Both the position numbers and the translations under genes were made by a program. This document shows positions 38,079-51,990 of a DNA stretch of 64,000 nt, in pieces. The stretch lies in NCBI GenBank assembly GCA_051047955.1, contig JBPGPT010000023.1, positions 186,001-250,000 of the forward strand, in the 5' to 3' direction. Positions within the stretch are counted from its first letter, which is position 1. Each line of letters opens with the position of its first letter. The notes under the pieces are model-generated. The model did not search any database. It saw only the letters and a program-made list of their open reading frames with translations, and was not told where the DNA came from. The stretch is from Cystobasidiomycetes sp. EMM_F5 (lineage: Eukaryota).

Positions 38079-38443
38079 GACTATGCGCCTGTAACCTAGT
38101 CTTGTGCATGTCTCTTGTATATGTACTTTTCGATTATTGCCAAACATGGTTACTTTGTCGTCTGAGACTGGCCTGGTCTGTGAGCGAGAGCCAAAGTACG
38201 ACGAGGGCAAATCAAACGGCACCCAGCGAGCAGGACACCGGCAAAAAGCACAGCTGCAACAACGACAAGCTGGCTGGGCGAGTGTGACTGCAGCTGCTGG
38301 TCAGACTGGATACCGAGCTAGTCTGGATCCCGGCACTGGCTCGACTTTGGAAGTACAAAATCCAAGTTGAAACTGCGCGACGTGACTGCAGCGCACTTTG
38401 AGCAATACAGCAGCACGACAATCCATCAGCTGGGCGAGCAGCG

Positions 38444-41400
38444 ATGGCCAACAGCCCGCCAGCAGGTGCTCAGAACGGGCAGTCTCTGCTGCCAGGCCAC
38501 GAGCCATCAGCGCCAGGCTATCCTGGCTCGTCGGCGCACGAGTTGGGAGTTCAGCAACAGCTGCAATCGTCGTCGCAATTCATCAACAACAACAATAATC
38601 ACAACGGCTACAATGGCGTATTCCAGCCCGCTGGCCAAGCTATGGCTGCCGGGAGTCCTACGGCGGGTGCAGGATCCCCGTCTGCGTTTGCGAATGGAAA
38701 CATGCAGCAGCAGCAGCAGCAGCAGCAGTATGCAGGACAGTCTGCAAACAACGGGTGGCCTACTCTGCCCCCAGGTCTCGACAGAGAAAAGGTGCTAGCC
38801 CTCAGCCAGGTGGGTGGTATTTTCATCTGACAATGACAACGCGAAAGGCTGATGCTTGTCGTAACTGATTGTGGATTGTGAATATTGCAACAATCTACTG
38901 CCAATGCTCGTCATTCAGCGTCATCAACAACTCCGCGCAGCAGGCTTCACCGACCAGACTAGTCCCGAACTAGCCGCAATATCCGCTACCCTCACACAAA
39001 TGCAAAAGCACATTGCGCGCTTAAAGGTGATGCAACAGCAAGCCTTTGCTGCTCAGCAGCAGCAGCAGTTACAACAGCAGCAGCAACAACAGTCGTCTGG
39101 TGTTGCGCTTCCGCAAAGGACGGCCAGCGCAGGTGAGACACCCTCGTTTCAGCCAGGACCAGCGTGTAAGTGCCTTCGCCGTAATTCATAGCCGTGATAA
39201 GCTAAACCTCCATGATTCCTAGCTAATGGAGTCGCAAACGAACTCTCCCAGAATGGATCACAAACCGCTGGTACGCCAGGCAATAATATTGCCGACGGGA
39301 GTGTGTCCGGGACCGCCGTGAGCGCCTCAACGCCATCAGAAGTGCAACAAGCGGCAATGTCACCCAGTGCACCGCCTCAGCATCAGCAGCATGTTGTTAT
39401 GACTGCTCAACAGAGTGCAGCATTCAAAGCGCAAATATATGCCTTGCGTTTCCTCCAAAAGGGCGCGCCAATACCACCGCAGATTGCAATACAACTGTTT
39501 GGATCGACTACTTCATCTGGTACCTCGAGTCCTGCTGCTATAACGCCAGGCTCTGCTCCTGGTCTGAGGTCTGACACGCCAAAACAAGCGATAAAGACGG
39601 AGGACGGTCAATCTGGTGTAAATGGCTCAGTCGATCTAGCTGACCCAGCTACTTTGCAAGAAGGACGCACATCTCCCAGTAAACCGCAAGACAATACTTC
39701 GACAGTCGCTGTACCTGTACAATCTACATCGGCGGCAATTGTCGAGCCAGAAGTGCAGGTTGTCATCGAAGACGCACCACAAATCTCGGCGGAACTGGCA
39801 CCGTACAATTATTATCGCCATCCTCGCTCTGTTCTCGCAGCTCTGCGGGCAAACATGCAGGCCGTCAACCGTGTCGAAAACTTTGGCAAGAGTCCGCACG
39901 TGCCAAGCTTGCTACCAGCTGGGCTCGATGCTCACACATTGCAACAGGAGAGGAACCGCTTCATTGAAGCTCGGCTCGCGCAGCGAAAGCGGGAATTGGA
40001 GAATCTGCCCAGTCTCTTGGGTGAAGGTCCAATACAGGATGTATCCGACGACCAGTCTGCCAGCCAAAAGATCAAGGCGTTGATTGAGCTCAAGTCGCTC
40101 AATCTCCTCCAGCGGCAACGTACGCTGCGCGAAGACGTTGTTCGAGGACTCAACCAAGCCTTCTCGCTAAATATCGTAACGGATCGGCAAGCCTACCGCG
40201 CAAATCGAAAGATTACGCTCAAAGATGCTAGAATGGTTGATCAGCTTGAAAGGCAGCAGAAGGTAGACCGCGAGAACCGGGCCAAACAAAAGCACGTTGA
40301 TCAGCTCAATGCCATTGCCAAGCATGGAAGGGCGATGCAAGAAGCGCATGATGCAGAGAGAGCGAGACATGTGCGGCTCGGTAGAAATATCCTGCGATGG
40401 CACGTCGAGGCGGAGAAGGAGGAGCAGAAGCGTATCGAGCGAGTGTCCAAAGAACGCCTCAAGGCTCTGCGCAATAATGACGAGGAAGCTTACCTCAAGC
40501 TCATCGATACGGCGAAAGATACGCGTATCACCCATCTCCTCCGACAGACCGACTCCTTCCTCGATTCTCTTGCTCAAGCTGTTGCAGCACAGCAAGAGGA
40601 AGCCACCGATCGAGATGGATCGACTATGCCATACAATGTTGCTCAGCCTACTGATGATGGAACATTCGACGAGTCGGCCTTTGGGGCCCGTGCAGTGTTT
40701 GCCGAGGAGCCTACAGAGCAAGGCAAAGTGGACTACTACAATGTTGCGCACAAGATCAAGGAAACAATATCAGCACAGCCAAATATTCTCGTTGGTGGTA
40801 AATTGAAGGATTACCAAATCAAAGGCTTGCAGTGGATGATATCGCTGTTTAATAATCGCCTGAATGGTATTCTAGCAGATGAAATGGTAGGTGGCAGCTT
40901 ATACCTCCATTGCCTTTCTCGCTAACACGTAAAACAAGGGTTTGGGAAAGACTATCCAGACCATTTCACTCATTACATATCTCATTGAGAGCAAGCGGCA
41001 AGCTGGACCTTTCCTTGTTATTGTGCCGCTGTCGACACTGCCAAATTGGACATTGGAGTTCGCCAAGTGGGCGCCTAGCGTCAGCGTCGTGCTATACAAG
41101 GGCTCGCCGCCGATACGCAAGAGTGTTCAAGGACGGATGCGATCTGAGCATTTCCAGGTCGTTCTCACAACGTATGAATACATCATCAAGGATCGGCCTT
41201 TCCTCTGTCGCTACAAATGGATACATATGATTATTGACGAAGGTCATCGCATGAAGAATGCCAATTCGAAACTCTCTCAAACTCTTACACAGTACTACTC
41301 CTCACGCTATCGCCTTATTCTCACCGGAACACCCTTGCAGAATAATCTACCCGAGCTATGGGCTCTCCTTAATTTCGTGTTACCGAAGGTCTTCAACTCG

Positions 41401-43561
41401 CAGAAGTCATTTGACGAATGGTTCAACACACCGTTTGCGAATACGGGTGGACAGGACAAGATTGATATCAACGAAGAAGAGGCTCTCCTTATCATCAGAC
41501 GTCTACACAAGGTTCTTCGACCTTTCTTGCTTCGACGACTGAAGAAGGACGTCGAGTCTGAACTTCCCGACAAAGTGGAAAGGCTTATACGCTGCAAGAT
41601 GTCTGCATTGCAAACAAAGCTGTACAAGAAGATGAAGGAGTCTGGTATGCTCATCACCAACGATGCCAAGAATGGTAAATCGATGGGCATGAAAGGTCTG
41701 CAAAATACCATTATGCAACTGCGTAAAATCTGCAATCATCCTTTCGTGTTTCAGCCAGTAGAAGACCTCATCAATCCCGCTGGATCTACCAATGCTCTAC
41801 TGTACAGAGTGGCAGGCAAATTCGAGCTGCTGGACCGCATCTTACCAAAGCTCTTCTGCACTGGCCATCGGGTCCTCATGTTCTTCCAAATGACGGAGAT
41901 TATGAGTAAGTGGTTCCGCATCAGATTGTGAACATCACGAGCTGACTCTGCCTCGCCAGACATCATGGAGGATTACCTGCGGTATCGAAACACGCTGTTT
42001 CTGCGTCTGGACGGATCTACCAAGCCAGACGAGCGGTCCGATATGCTGACCCAATTCAATGCTCCCAACTCTCCTTATATGATCTTTTTGCTCTCGACTC
42101 GTGCAGGTGGCCTCGGCTTGAACTTGCAGACGGCCGACACGGTCATTATTTACGATTCAGACTGGAACCCACATCAGGATCTGCAAGCGCAAGATCGTGC
42201 GCATCGTATAGGCCAAAAGAAAGAAGTCCGGATTTTCCGATTGGTCACGGAAAAGAGTATCGAAGAGCAGATCCTAGCGAGAGCGAGGCAGAAGCTCGAG
42301 ATTGACAAGAAGGTCATTCAGGGTGGTCGCTTCGATAACAAGTCTTCAGCTGCTGAGCGAGAGGATTTCCTGCGAGCGATTCTGGAAAACAACGATGATG
42401 AGGACGAAGACTCTGCTGACCTGGGCGATGAAGAATTGAATGATATTTTGGCGCGCAGCGAGGAAGAGTCTGAACTCTTCACCAGGATGGACTTTGAGCG
42501 TGTGCGCAACGAGGATCAAATGTGGCTACGTGCTGGTCATCATCTCCCGGCGCCGGAGAGACTCATCACTGATTCAGAGCTACCGGATGTATACCACATC
42601 GAGCATCAGCTAGCACCGGTCGTCGACGAAGTACTGGATCGACGACGCATAAAGAACCCTATTCATTACGACGATGGTTTGACTGAAGAGCAGTGGACTC
42701 AGGCGATCGAAGACGAAGAGGACATGAGCACCGTCATCGAAAGAAATCGTCGTGGTAGACCTTATCTCGTGGACGACGATCAGGCGTCGTCGCTAGGTGT
42801 AAGCGGCGAATGGGAGTCTGAGATGGGCTCCCCTGGTCCTGGTGGGAAAAAGAGGAAACGAGCCACAGCCAGTGCTAGTCGAGCGACATCTGTCGATGTC
42901 ATGTCCCTCAACGGAGACGTCAAGGGAGCTGTACGTCTTGCAATCTTGACCACGGGGCAGGCTATTCAAATGTACGAGGCTGATCAGTTTCCCTCGCAGC
43001 CCAAGCGGAGAAAGACGGGTAAAGCATCTCTGGCCGAAGATCCAGAACACGTCCGAATGAAGGAAATAATGGAAGCTGGTCTGGAGGCCATTGAAAACAC
43101 TGACAATGAAGAATTCGGACATCAATGTGCCGGACTCTTCTACAAGCTCCCTTCGAAGAAGGACTATCCAGAGTATTGTAGGCATGATGCAATCTGTCCA
43201 CCTGATATTTGACTGACGGTATCACCCATACAGATATCATAATTCAGAAACCGATATGTCTTGATCAAATCACCAAGAAGGTCAAGGCCTGGAAGTGTAA
43301 GCTTGAGGGGCACATAGCATAATTCTTCAGCTGACACCTTGAACTACAGACGACTCACTTGAAGAGTATCGAGACGATGTCATGCTCATGTTCAACAATG
43401 CTCGAACCTACAACGAAGAAGGCAGCGTTGTCTGGAAGGACGCCAATTCTATGCAAAAGGCATTCTTCGACAAGATTGCGGAGATGGTCAACCCCAGCGA
43501 CAGCGTTCCGGACTCGCGGGTGCCTGTGGTGAAGCGGATTCCAGAGTCGGATGAAGAGTAG
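38444..43561 (+). CDS. Snf2/Sth1-family chromatin-remodelling ATPase (QLQ, HSA, SNF2_N, helicase C, SnAC, bromodomain)
   Basis: [11 protein letters not shown] (QLQ), [20 protein letters not shown] (post-HSA), [45 protein letters not shown], bromodomain [14 protein letters not shown]. Confidence 0.96.
38705..38728 (+). repeat. (CAG)8 microsatellite encoding polyQ in the Snf2/Sth1 N-terminus
   Basis: Eight perfect CAG units; an imperfect CAG/CAA run follows near 39054-39092. Confidence 0.9.
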
Positions 43562-43794
43562 TTTTGCGGGGAAGTGTTGGCGGAGGCAGTGTAGCGTTTA
43601 GACTATTGTGCAGCATGATGTCGAGGGGTGTCATTAGCGAGACAGGGCGTGTCACCAACGCCTGATTGTGCAGCCAAATTGACGAGATTTTACGGAGAAT
43701 GTCTATGACCCTGGTGGCGTTCAGCTTCGATCAAACCGGCTGGGATCTTGCTACCCAAGTGCAGCAGTTGTTTTCCTTCGTGACCCGCCGTAGC

Positions 43795-45597
43795 ATGCTG
43801 CAAGCTACTCGCAGGTCTGGCAGCTCGCGATGGTTAAGTGTCCTGCCTGAAAGAAGGCTGCCCGTCCATCGATGCACCTGTGCTTTTTCGTCGAGCTGCA
43901 AAATTGTGCATGAAGCGTAAGCGGAGATCTTACAGTCGAGTATGGCTGAAGCTTGTCTGACTGCTGATTCCCAATCCTGGTCCGGATCGAGCAGTCCGCA
44001 GCTATCCATCGGTGCCCAATATGCCAGACTTTTCGACGCATTGGCTGTAACTCCCAAACAGTCGAAATCCACAGGACAGGCTGATGGTGCAACACAACGC
44101 ACTGCAAGGCTCGAACCAAGACCCTACGGTCCTTCATTCTCGGCAGACGTGTATCATAGACCGCCCACGCAGGGTAGAATCCGACCGTCGCAAAAGCAGA
44201 CCCTTTACGACTCTGATGACCGCGAGACGGCCAAAGATGTCATGGACAGCTTCTGGCGAGATAGACGCGAGTATACGGAATCGTATGACTCAGATACCGA
44301 TGTGCAAGCATCACAAGGTCCAGCTATTCCTTGGGCAAAATTGCTTGATGCGGCCGCGGCTCAGTCATACAAGCCGCCAATTGATGACAATCTCGATGTG
44401 ATGGGCATGCAAGATACCGACGCGTTATCTCAAGTGGCCGTTGAGGAGCCAACCTCCTTCGAGACGCAGCTATCGGCGGAAAGAGATCTTGTCGAGCAAA
44501 GAGAAGCAGAAGCTTTGGGTGATGTGGACCAGCTGCGGGAGGAAGTCAAGGAACTGTCGTCGGTGAAAGAGATACTGGAATGGATGGGAGATCGAATCTT
44601 TTCGCTAACAAATCCGGAATCACTCATCAACAAGATTGATCAAGTCGAGGACGTGCCGAGTCCGAAGCTGGTCAAGCTCTATCCATACCTATTGGCCGAG
44701 ATTATCGACATGTTACGGCCGATATCGCCTCATGCTGCCCTTATACCGCTGCGACAGGCATCTAAGCATTCCGCAAAGTCTTACTTGTATGGCTGCGATA
44801 CCGCAGTCTACAATGCTACCATGAAAGTATACTGGGAACAATGGGGAGATGTAGAAGGTTGCTTGAGCCTACTGGAGGAGATGGAGAGGGGCGGCGTTTC
44901 AATCGGCTCGTCCATTGCGACCTTGACTACTCAGATCAGCGACGCCCTTGCTGCGGATGTGCTAAATGCACGACAAGCTGCGCAAGCAGGATTGGATCGA
45001 GACTCTGACGATGCAAATGAGGGCCCTCGTACTCATTCACACAAGCTTGAGCACCCATCAGCGGGAGACAGATCTGCGCGGCAAAGATCTCATGAATCGG
45101 AGCTGGAATACCTCGCAGAAAGCAAGATGTTCTTCGATAGGCTACAACGCCGAGCAGGCCACAAGATCGATAGGCTCATCACTGCTCAGCGACAGCGGGC
45201 TGCAGAGTATTTGCAAAAGGCGAACGTGGTATCGGACATGTATCGGGAGTCGGACAATAAAGGCGACCCTCGATCGCACGTCAATCAGCTCATCGATGCA
45301 TACGGCAGCATGCCCCGTCCGTCTCGCAATGCTTCTTTTGCAGGACGATATGCCCCTGTTGAAGGAGGTGCGGTCCAGTCACGCAATGCCCCACAAGACT
45401 CGCTTCTACCTGCCGCGTTGCCGTCGGACGAGGCCAACATTGTTCGAGAAGATACGGAAGCTTTGCAATCGTCACCAATGGAAGAAGTCCCAGACATTTT
45501 GGCAATGGCTATCAACGAAGTTGCAGCGGCACCACCTCCCGTACGACGGCGAGCAAGGCGCAGGAACTCGAAGAAAGCCGCAACGGCTCCCAAATGA
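43795..45597 (+). CDS. Mitochondrial Mtf2-like (PPR-like) protein
   Basis: Presequence-like exon 1 (MLQATRRSGSSRW...), intron from 43918; YPYLLAEII...PHAAL...SAKSYLYGCDTAVYN...W...D...LLEEMERGGV resembles the fungal Mtf2 C-terminal domain. Confidence 0.65.
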
Positions 45598-47065
45598 GAT
45601 TATCAAAGGCTTCACTGCAGGGTCAGTACGTCACGATTAGTTGCAGTCTAGCATAGTGTCAAGTGTCGTGCAGTCTAGCAACGATACGAACGGGTATCGA
45701 ATTTGTAAGAGTGGCATATTGTAGGCATCAACATAGTGTATCATAGGTCAAGGAGCATTACCAAAGAGCAAGCCTGATTCATAGTTCTCGAGCTCGGCAT
45801 TCGAGTCCGGAAGCTCCGGCCCGTATTTCTTTCGGATAGCCCTAAGTCACATCTGCAAGCTAGGCTTGACGCACTGTCGATACACGGTCTCGCTGAATCA
45901 CACCTGCAACCATGGGCAAGATTGTACATATCGTCATGATGGTTCGCAACGAGGGTACTTCTGATGCAAAGGTCGAGGAGTGGGCGTCCGAGGGTCTCAA
46001 GATGAAGGGTGTGTTACTTGCGGACGACATCAGATGCGATCCTTCATCAAAGCTGTGCAAATGTGATTGACGTATTCTTCCCGTCCTCCTATCAGACAAG
46101 ATCCCCGGTATCGATACCCTGAAGCTCGGACCGTGCTTGCCGTCCATGCAGCATAGAACTAAATTCACACACAGTACGAGGCAGGACATCTTTACTCATC
46201 CTATTCTGATCGTCTTCCATCTAGTGCTCTATGCCATCTTTGAAAGCGAAGAAGCTCTGAAGGTGGGTGCGGGGCGTGTACCTTTGTGTCCGACCTTATG
46301 GCGATATCTTGGTTCCGCGTAAGCTGACTTGATCTAAACTTGCCATCTGCGGTCAGGTATACCAAACACATGAGGTTCACGTCACGTCAGTCTGTTGCGC
46401 GAGGTTCGTTAAAGATGCCCAGCTAATACGTTTACCTGTAGCTTCCAGAAAATTGGCGTCAATGCCTTCCACGGTACGAGTTATCAATGAGGTCGCCTGC
46501 TTTGCTGTAGCTAATTCCCATCTGCCCACGAACAGACAAGACTGTCTTCGATTTGGAGCTCTAGCAGCATTTGCTTGCAGGGTAGATTTGATGTCTCCGC
46601 CTAGTTATAGCTATCGCTGTACTGCAGTCATATAGTCAATGCGTTGAGAATAAGTTAACATCTTTTTGAATTTGAATTGGATACGCAATGCTGAAGGTCT
46701 CCGCTACGGAAGCATCCCCGCTCTGCTTTTTGCGCACCGAAGCTGGGCAGAGGCTTTCACCACGTCAGGTGTGCAATGTTACAATGTCACAAGCCAGACG
46801 AAAGTGTCCTCTGCGCGACTCGCTGAAGTCGAAGCACAGCACATGTCCGCCGTTACAGCTGACGCCTGGACCCAACTGCGGCGGGTTTGCCTTGCAGCGA
46901 GGCTGGCCAAAACAAACAATGTCGCACACCAACATGGGCTTGTACAGCAGTAAACATGTCTAGCTAACTATGAACTGACAACCTTTGGCTTCAACTCCGC
47001 TAATTGCACTGAAAGTTTGGGCCACAATGGCGTACTCAGCTCGAGCTGGCATACACACTCCAGCA

Positions 47066-48984
47066 ATGGCTCGCGGGACAATGATGCACATCCAAGAGGT
47101 GTCCGATACGAGCAGCAGCGTTGCAGAGCACGACCTTGGCGACATGCTCGACTCGCCGGCAAGAGGGTTTCGCTATCCGGAGCGCCACAATAGCGTGTCT
47201 GCGAGGATACGTCAGATTGAACAGCGCGGGTACCCTTACGATGGAGGCAGCCCTCACCTGCAGTCCAGGCCTCAGGGTGTACTGCCAGGACAGCTTATGC
47301 CGCATTCGCTTGCGCAGACTGTCAGGCGCCCCCACCAACTCCCTCCTCCAGGCTCTTCGGCAACTCGATACTCGTATCGCGACCTATTGACGGCAGAAAA
47401 TCGGAGGCTTACCTTTGCACAAAGCACGCCTCTCATGCCCGATACCAGCTCTTCTTATCGCACGGGACAAGACTACTTTGATACGGCGCACACGTCAGAC
47501 CCGTTCGAAGAGCAAGACATCGTTGACCCTTATGACCATTCGAAGCCAGTCAAGTCTCCATTCGTACCCAGTTGGACTGCTTCCTCGCCCAATCCGACAA
47601 TCGAAGGCGACTCTGGCTTCGCTGCATCTTCGCCTCTCCTTGACTCGCCATACCATTTCCACGTCGGCTTCAATGCCCATGAGCCAAAGCGACTTACCGA
47701 ACAGCGCAAAGCGGCACGAATGAAGGCACTCGAGAGGGAGTTTGGCAAACAAGACTTGGAGAAATTTGGCGAATTTGGTCTACCGCTCGACAAGGAGAGA
47801 AGCGGAGAGATGACCTCCAAGGAACGACGAGCGTATGAAAAGGCAAAGGAGGGGCAAATGCAGGAGGAACTCGGTGTCGGCAAGGATGGCCGTCTGCTCA
47901 CGCAAGGCCGAATGAAGCGTATGGCTCTGCGGTGTGCACAGCATGTGCTGGGCCTCATTGCTATACTCGGTAGTGTCGGCGGAGCTATCGTACGCACTTA
48001 TCTGCACCACTCAACGTATGGGAACATGGCAGCTGACATGCGGATTGACAGTTTACTCATCCGGATATCAAGAATTTGCCTCCACCATCCGGAAAGCTAA
48101 CAAGCTGGCTACTATACGTCTTTTCTATTCTCTCTTTCATCGTCACTTTCTGGCTGTTCGCTGTACGGCCTTGCATACGGAAGCGGAAAGGTTTAGCGGC
48201 CACGACAGCGCCAGCGCACATCTCGGGCCATGGAGGCTTTGCGATCCCTATTGTTGGCCATCAAGGGCCTGCATACAATGTTATCGGTGGCCAGCAGACG
48301 TCGTCGAAGTGGCCATTTAGAGGAGGAAAGCGCAAAGGCCAAGGCAATTTGGTGCAGCAACCAATGACGGTCAACCTAGTGGTCGATCCTATGGCACTGT
48401 CGCGCGCAGCCGGTCTTTCTGCTCCGCCTTCTCGCTACAATCCACACGATGCTGAGGACGATAACGACGAGGCAGAGCATGCTGCGTACTATCGAAAGGT
48501 TTCTGCAGAACGCGTTTCCGGTCGTCCGGCATCTATCCCCAAAGACAGCAGAACGGCGCTTCTCAGCGAAACGGATGAGATTATAGAGTCTCTGACCGCT
48601 CCTGCTGCCGATCTTGACGAGGACATGGACTTTTACATTCCCGACAGCCGAAAGAAGAAAGGACAGTTTCGTCGGCCCCTGAATATGCTAGATACTATGT
48701 CTGCCATGTCGATGCAAGATCGGTGGCGGGCAGCTCGTTCTTCCATGCGCAGGCAAGCTGTCGAAGATGGTGTCTTGGGTCTTTTCTGGGCGGTAGTCGC
48801 GATCGTCTGCATAGCTTACGGAGGCACTTGTAAGCCGGGAAGTGGCAGCGGCTTCTGCGATCTGTACAACCTCTCCTTGGCAAGCGGAGTGCTGCTCAGT
48901 ACGTGCTTCTGGACCAGCTTCTCTCTAGACGTACTGGATCTTCGCCGGAGTCGGACTAGTCCTCGAATCGCGCGTACTTATTGA
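47066..48984 (+). CDS. Membrane protein of unknown function (four predicted TM helices, long disordered N-terminus and loop); start uncertain
   Basis: Two long ORFs (46985-48100, 48076-48984) joinable by an intron near 47990-48051; four hydrophobic segments; C-x8-C pair between TM3 and TM4. Confidence 0.65.
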
Positions 48985-49268
48985 GTGTATGTATTTTGTG
49001 ATCGTCCATAGCTTTAGTTTGTCGTTGTCATGTTTTCAACTGTCGCTGTTTGTTGATGTTTTTACCTATACATTCTCGTCATTTACGCGTCTTGTTGATT
49101 TCTCGATCGCGTCGGGAACCGACGTGGCTACTTTTTGGTAAAGCGCGTAAATTGTTTTTGGTTTAGACCAGCTCCGCGACGCAAAGGCAAAGAGCTGAAT
49201 ATCAAGACTGCCAGCAAGTCGCACATCTGATACTTGAAGGCTGTAGACCTCGTCTGTCGGACTCCGCC

Positions 49269-51634
49269 ATGGTGACCACTCGCCGCACCCCGTCAAAAGC
49301 AGCTACAGCTCAATTGGCGGCAGTCTCGCAACGCCGTAAAGTGTCCTCTAGAGCTCAGGCATCGCCGAGCACGACAGCAGACGAAAGCGATGTAGTTCCA
49401 GACAGCGAAGATGAGCGGATCGCAGCAAATGTGACCCCGACAAAGAAGCGCCAACGCACGTCGCCTAAAGCTGAAAGCGAGCAAGTAATGTCGCCAAGTG
49501 AGTGCATCATACAGATCAAGCAACGTCTGTCCCGCTGACATTTGCACAGTTCACATTTTCGTCACTCCCACCAAGGCCGCCGCTCTGTGCAGCGTCTCCC
49601 ATCTGCCAACCCCTCCAATAACACCGACTGTTTGTCTTGATCAGCCAGACGCGTTTACACCTGCATCCTGCTCTTCCAGCTCCAATGTATACGCACGCGC
49701 TCGCTCCCTTCTACGACTGTCTGCACCATCCGAAGCCGATTCTAAGCTGATCGGGCGTGATATCGAAAAAGCTCAGATAGAGAATTTCCTCGCACGAAAC
49801 CTCCCAAATTTGTATTCACCCTGCAATGAATGCTCTGCATCTGCTCCGATTAATAAGGCGCTCTACGTCTCTGGATCTCCCGGCACCGGAAAGACCGCTC
49901 TGCTTACGTCGGTACTATCAAAGATCGTGCACGCTGATCAGACTGTAAAGGTGGCATACATCAACTGCACAACTCTGCAGAATGCCAACGATGTTTGGGA
50001 ACGTCTTGCGGAAGACCTGTCATTGACTCGAACGCATGCAAAGAAAGGCAAAGGCAAACAACCTGCTTGGGAAGAGGGATCATTCCAAGAATCAATGCTC
50101 GACGACAGTATGCCGAAATGGTGAGAATGTTCCTCGTCTTACCTCCATCAGGCGGCTAACGAGGTGACATTGCAGTTTGGTAGTTCTTGATGAGGTCGAC
50201 CACTTGATTTCGCAACAGTCTACGCCGAATATCCTCTCTTCCCTCTTTAGCCTGGCTGCCGAGCAGGACTCTCGACTTGTGCTCATTGGGATAGCGAACG
50301 CCTTGGATCTTACCCAACGGCATCTCGCTCACCTGCAATATGCAGGTAGCTCCAAGAATGCCCGCCACGATCAACCAGAGCTACTGCACTTTCGGCCCTT
50401 CTCTTCCACAGAGATGGTAGCCATTGTAAAATCTCGACTCGCACCACTCCACGGACGCGGAGACAACTCATCGCTACCGCTCCCAATCATTATGCCACCT
50501 GCGCTTGAGCTCGCCGCAAAGAAAGTCTCGGCAGTATCAGGCGACCTGCGGATTTTCCTTTCGTTGATTCGAAAAGCTGTAGAGCTGTTTGAGCAGGAGC
50601 AGCGCAAATTATCAGCAGCCAATGAGGAAAGCGAGTCTACCTCTCCCACTTTGAAAAGGCGGAAAATAACGGCAGCAGCTGGGCAAACTTCGCCGAAGAA
50701 GGAGGATTCGCTCGCTCACTATGATGCAACGAATGCACCAAAATTGACACCTGCTCATATATTGAAAGCAACGCGGCTTATATCGCTTGCTACATCCAGT
50801 AGTGCGAGTACGACAAGTCAGGGTACTACTTCCCTCTCTGCTGCCGGTACTGCCTCAAATGGTCTGCTGGAAGCCAAGATTACCGACATTAATCTGCAAG
50901 GACGTATCGCTCTCGCAGCCTTTATCATTGCAGTTGAGCGCGTACAGACGAGACCCTTTGAGGCGACTTCTGCTCCAGCCATCGATGCGCAGACCAGGCC
51001 TGCTGATCTATACAGTCTATATCGCAGCTTGCTCGACAAGCACGATGTACTGCATCCCGTCAGTTCGAGCGAGTTTGGCGACCTGTTGAGCGGTCTGCAT
51101 ACAAGAGGTCTTGTTGGATTCCAGCGAGAACACGGCAAGACCACCTCTCCGAGAAATGGCAAGTCGCCATCTGGAAGGACCGGTTCACCCGCTACGCTCG
51201 CTCCTCCGACGCTCATGCGGAGATCATCTTCATCGTCCTCGACTGGATCCGGTCGCTCAAGATCTCCTTCCCCTTCCGCCAATCAAGCCCCGATTGTATT
51301 ACTGTATTCCTCCATGGATCTCGCTCAGGTCTTACGGAAGACCAAACCTGCAGAAGCGGCTTCTATCTGTTCTGCCATGCTGGCAAAAGAGGAGAAGCGA
51401 CTTAGACGGGTAAAGATGGCGTGGGAGAGGGCAGAGGCAGAACAAAGAGAGAGGCGAGACGCTCCTACAGCAGGCTTTCACGGTGATGGTCTCGAGAATG
51501 TGGATGTCGCGCTTGTGGGCAAGCGAGATCGACGTGGTACAGATCATGATGAGGACGACGACCTGCGCAATGCCGAGAATCACGAGAATATACCAAGCAA
51601 AACTGCCGATGACGATGACGATCCGTTCATATAA
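49269..51634 (+). CDS. CDC6: Replication licensing AAA+ ATPase Cdc6/Cdc18
   Basis: CDK-site-rich N-terminus, LIGRDIEK, LYVSGSPGTGKT (Walker A), YINC, VLDEVD (Walker B), LIGIANALDLT, LHFRPF, KKVSAVSGDLR. Confidence 0.92.
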
Positions 51635-51990
51635 TTGTTCAATAGAATGTAGCTAATGCTGTCAACACGAAGGCGGAGAAGTATGCTGTTGTCAACAGAA
51701 GTGATAGGTCATCGTCACCATTCGAAAACAGTACAAAAGAAACATAGAGCCTTTGCTCGTTTGCAACATCACTGTTCAGTTAAGCTTGAAGCAGATTCTC
51801 CGCAATGCATGGCGTATTGCGCTTGCACCCAGTTATGCTACAGGGGTGCGATGGCACGCGTTCGTCTATATGTACAAGTAGATTGTAGGTATGTTGCTCC
51901 CAGGAGAAGACAGGAATGTCACTGTTGGACGATCATAAGATCTTTAGATTGCTATGATCATTAGATCTTTAATTGCCGCACACAAGGCAG

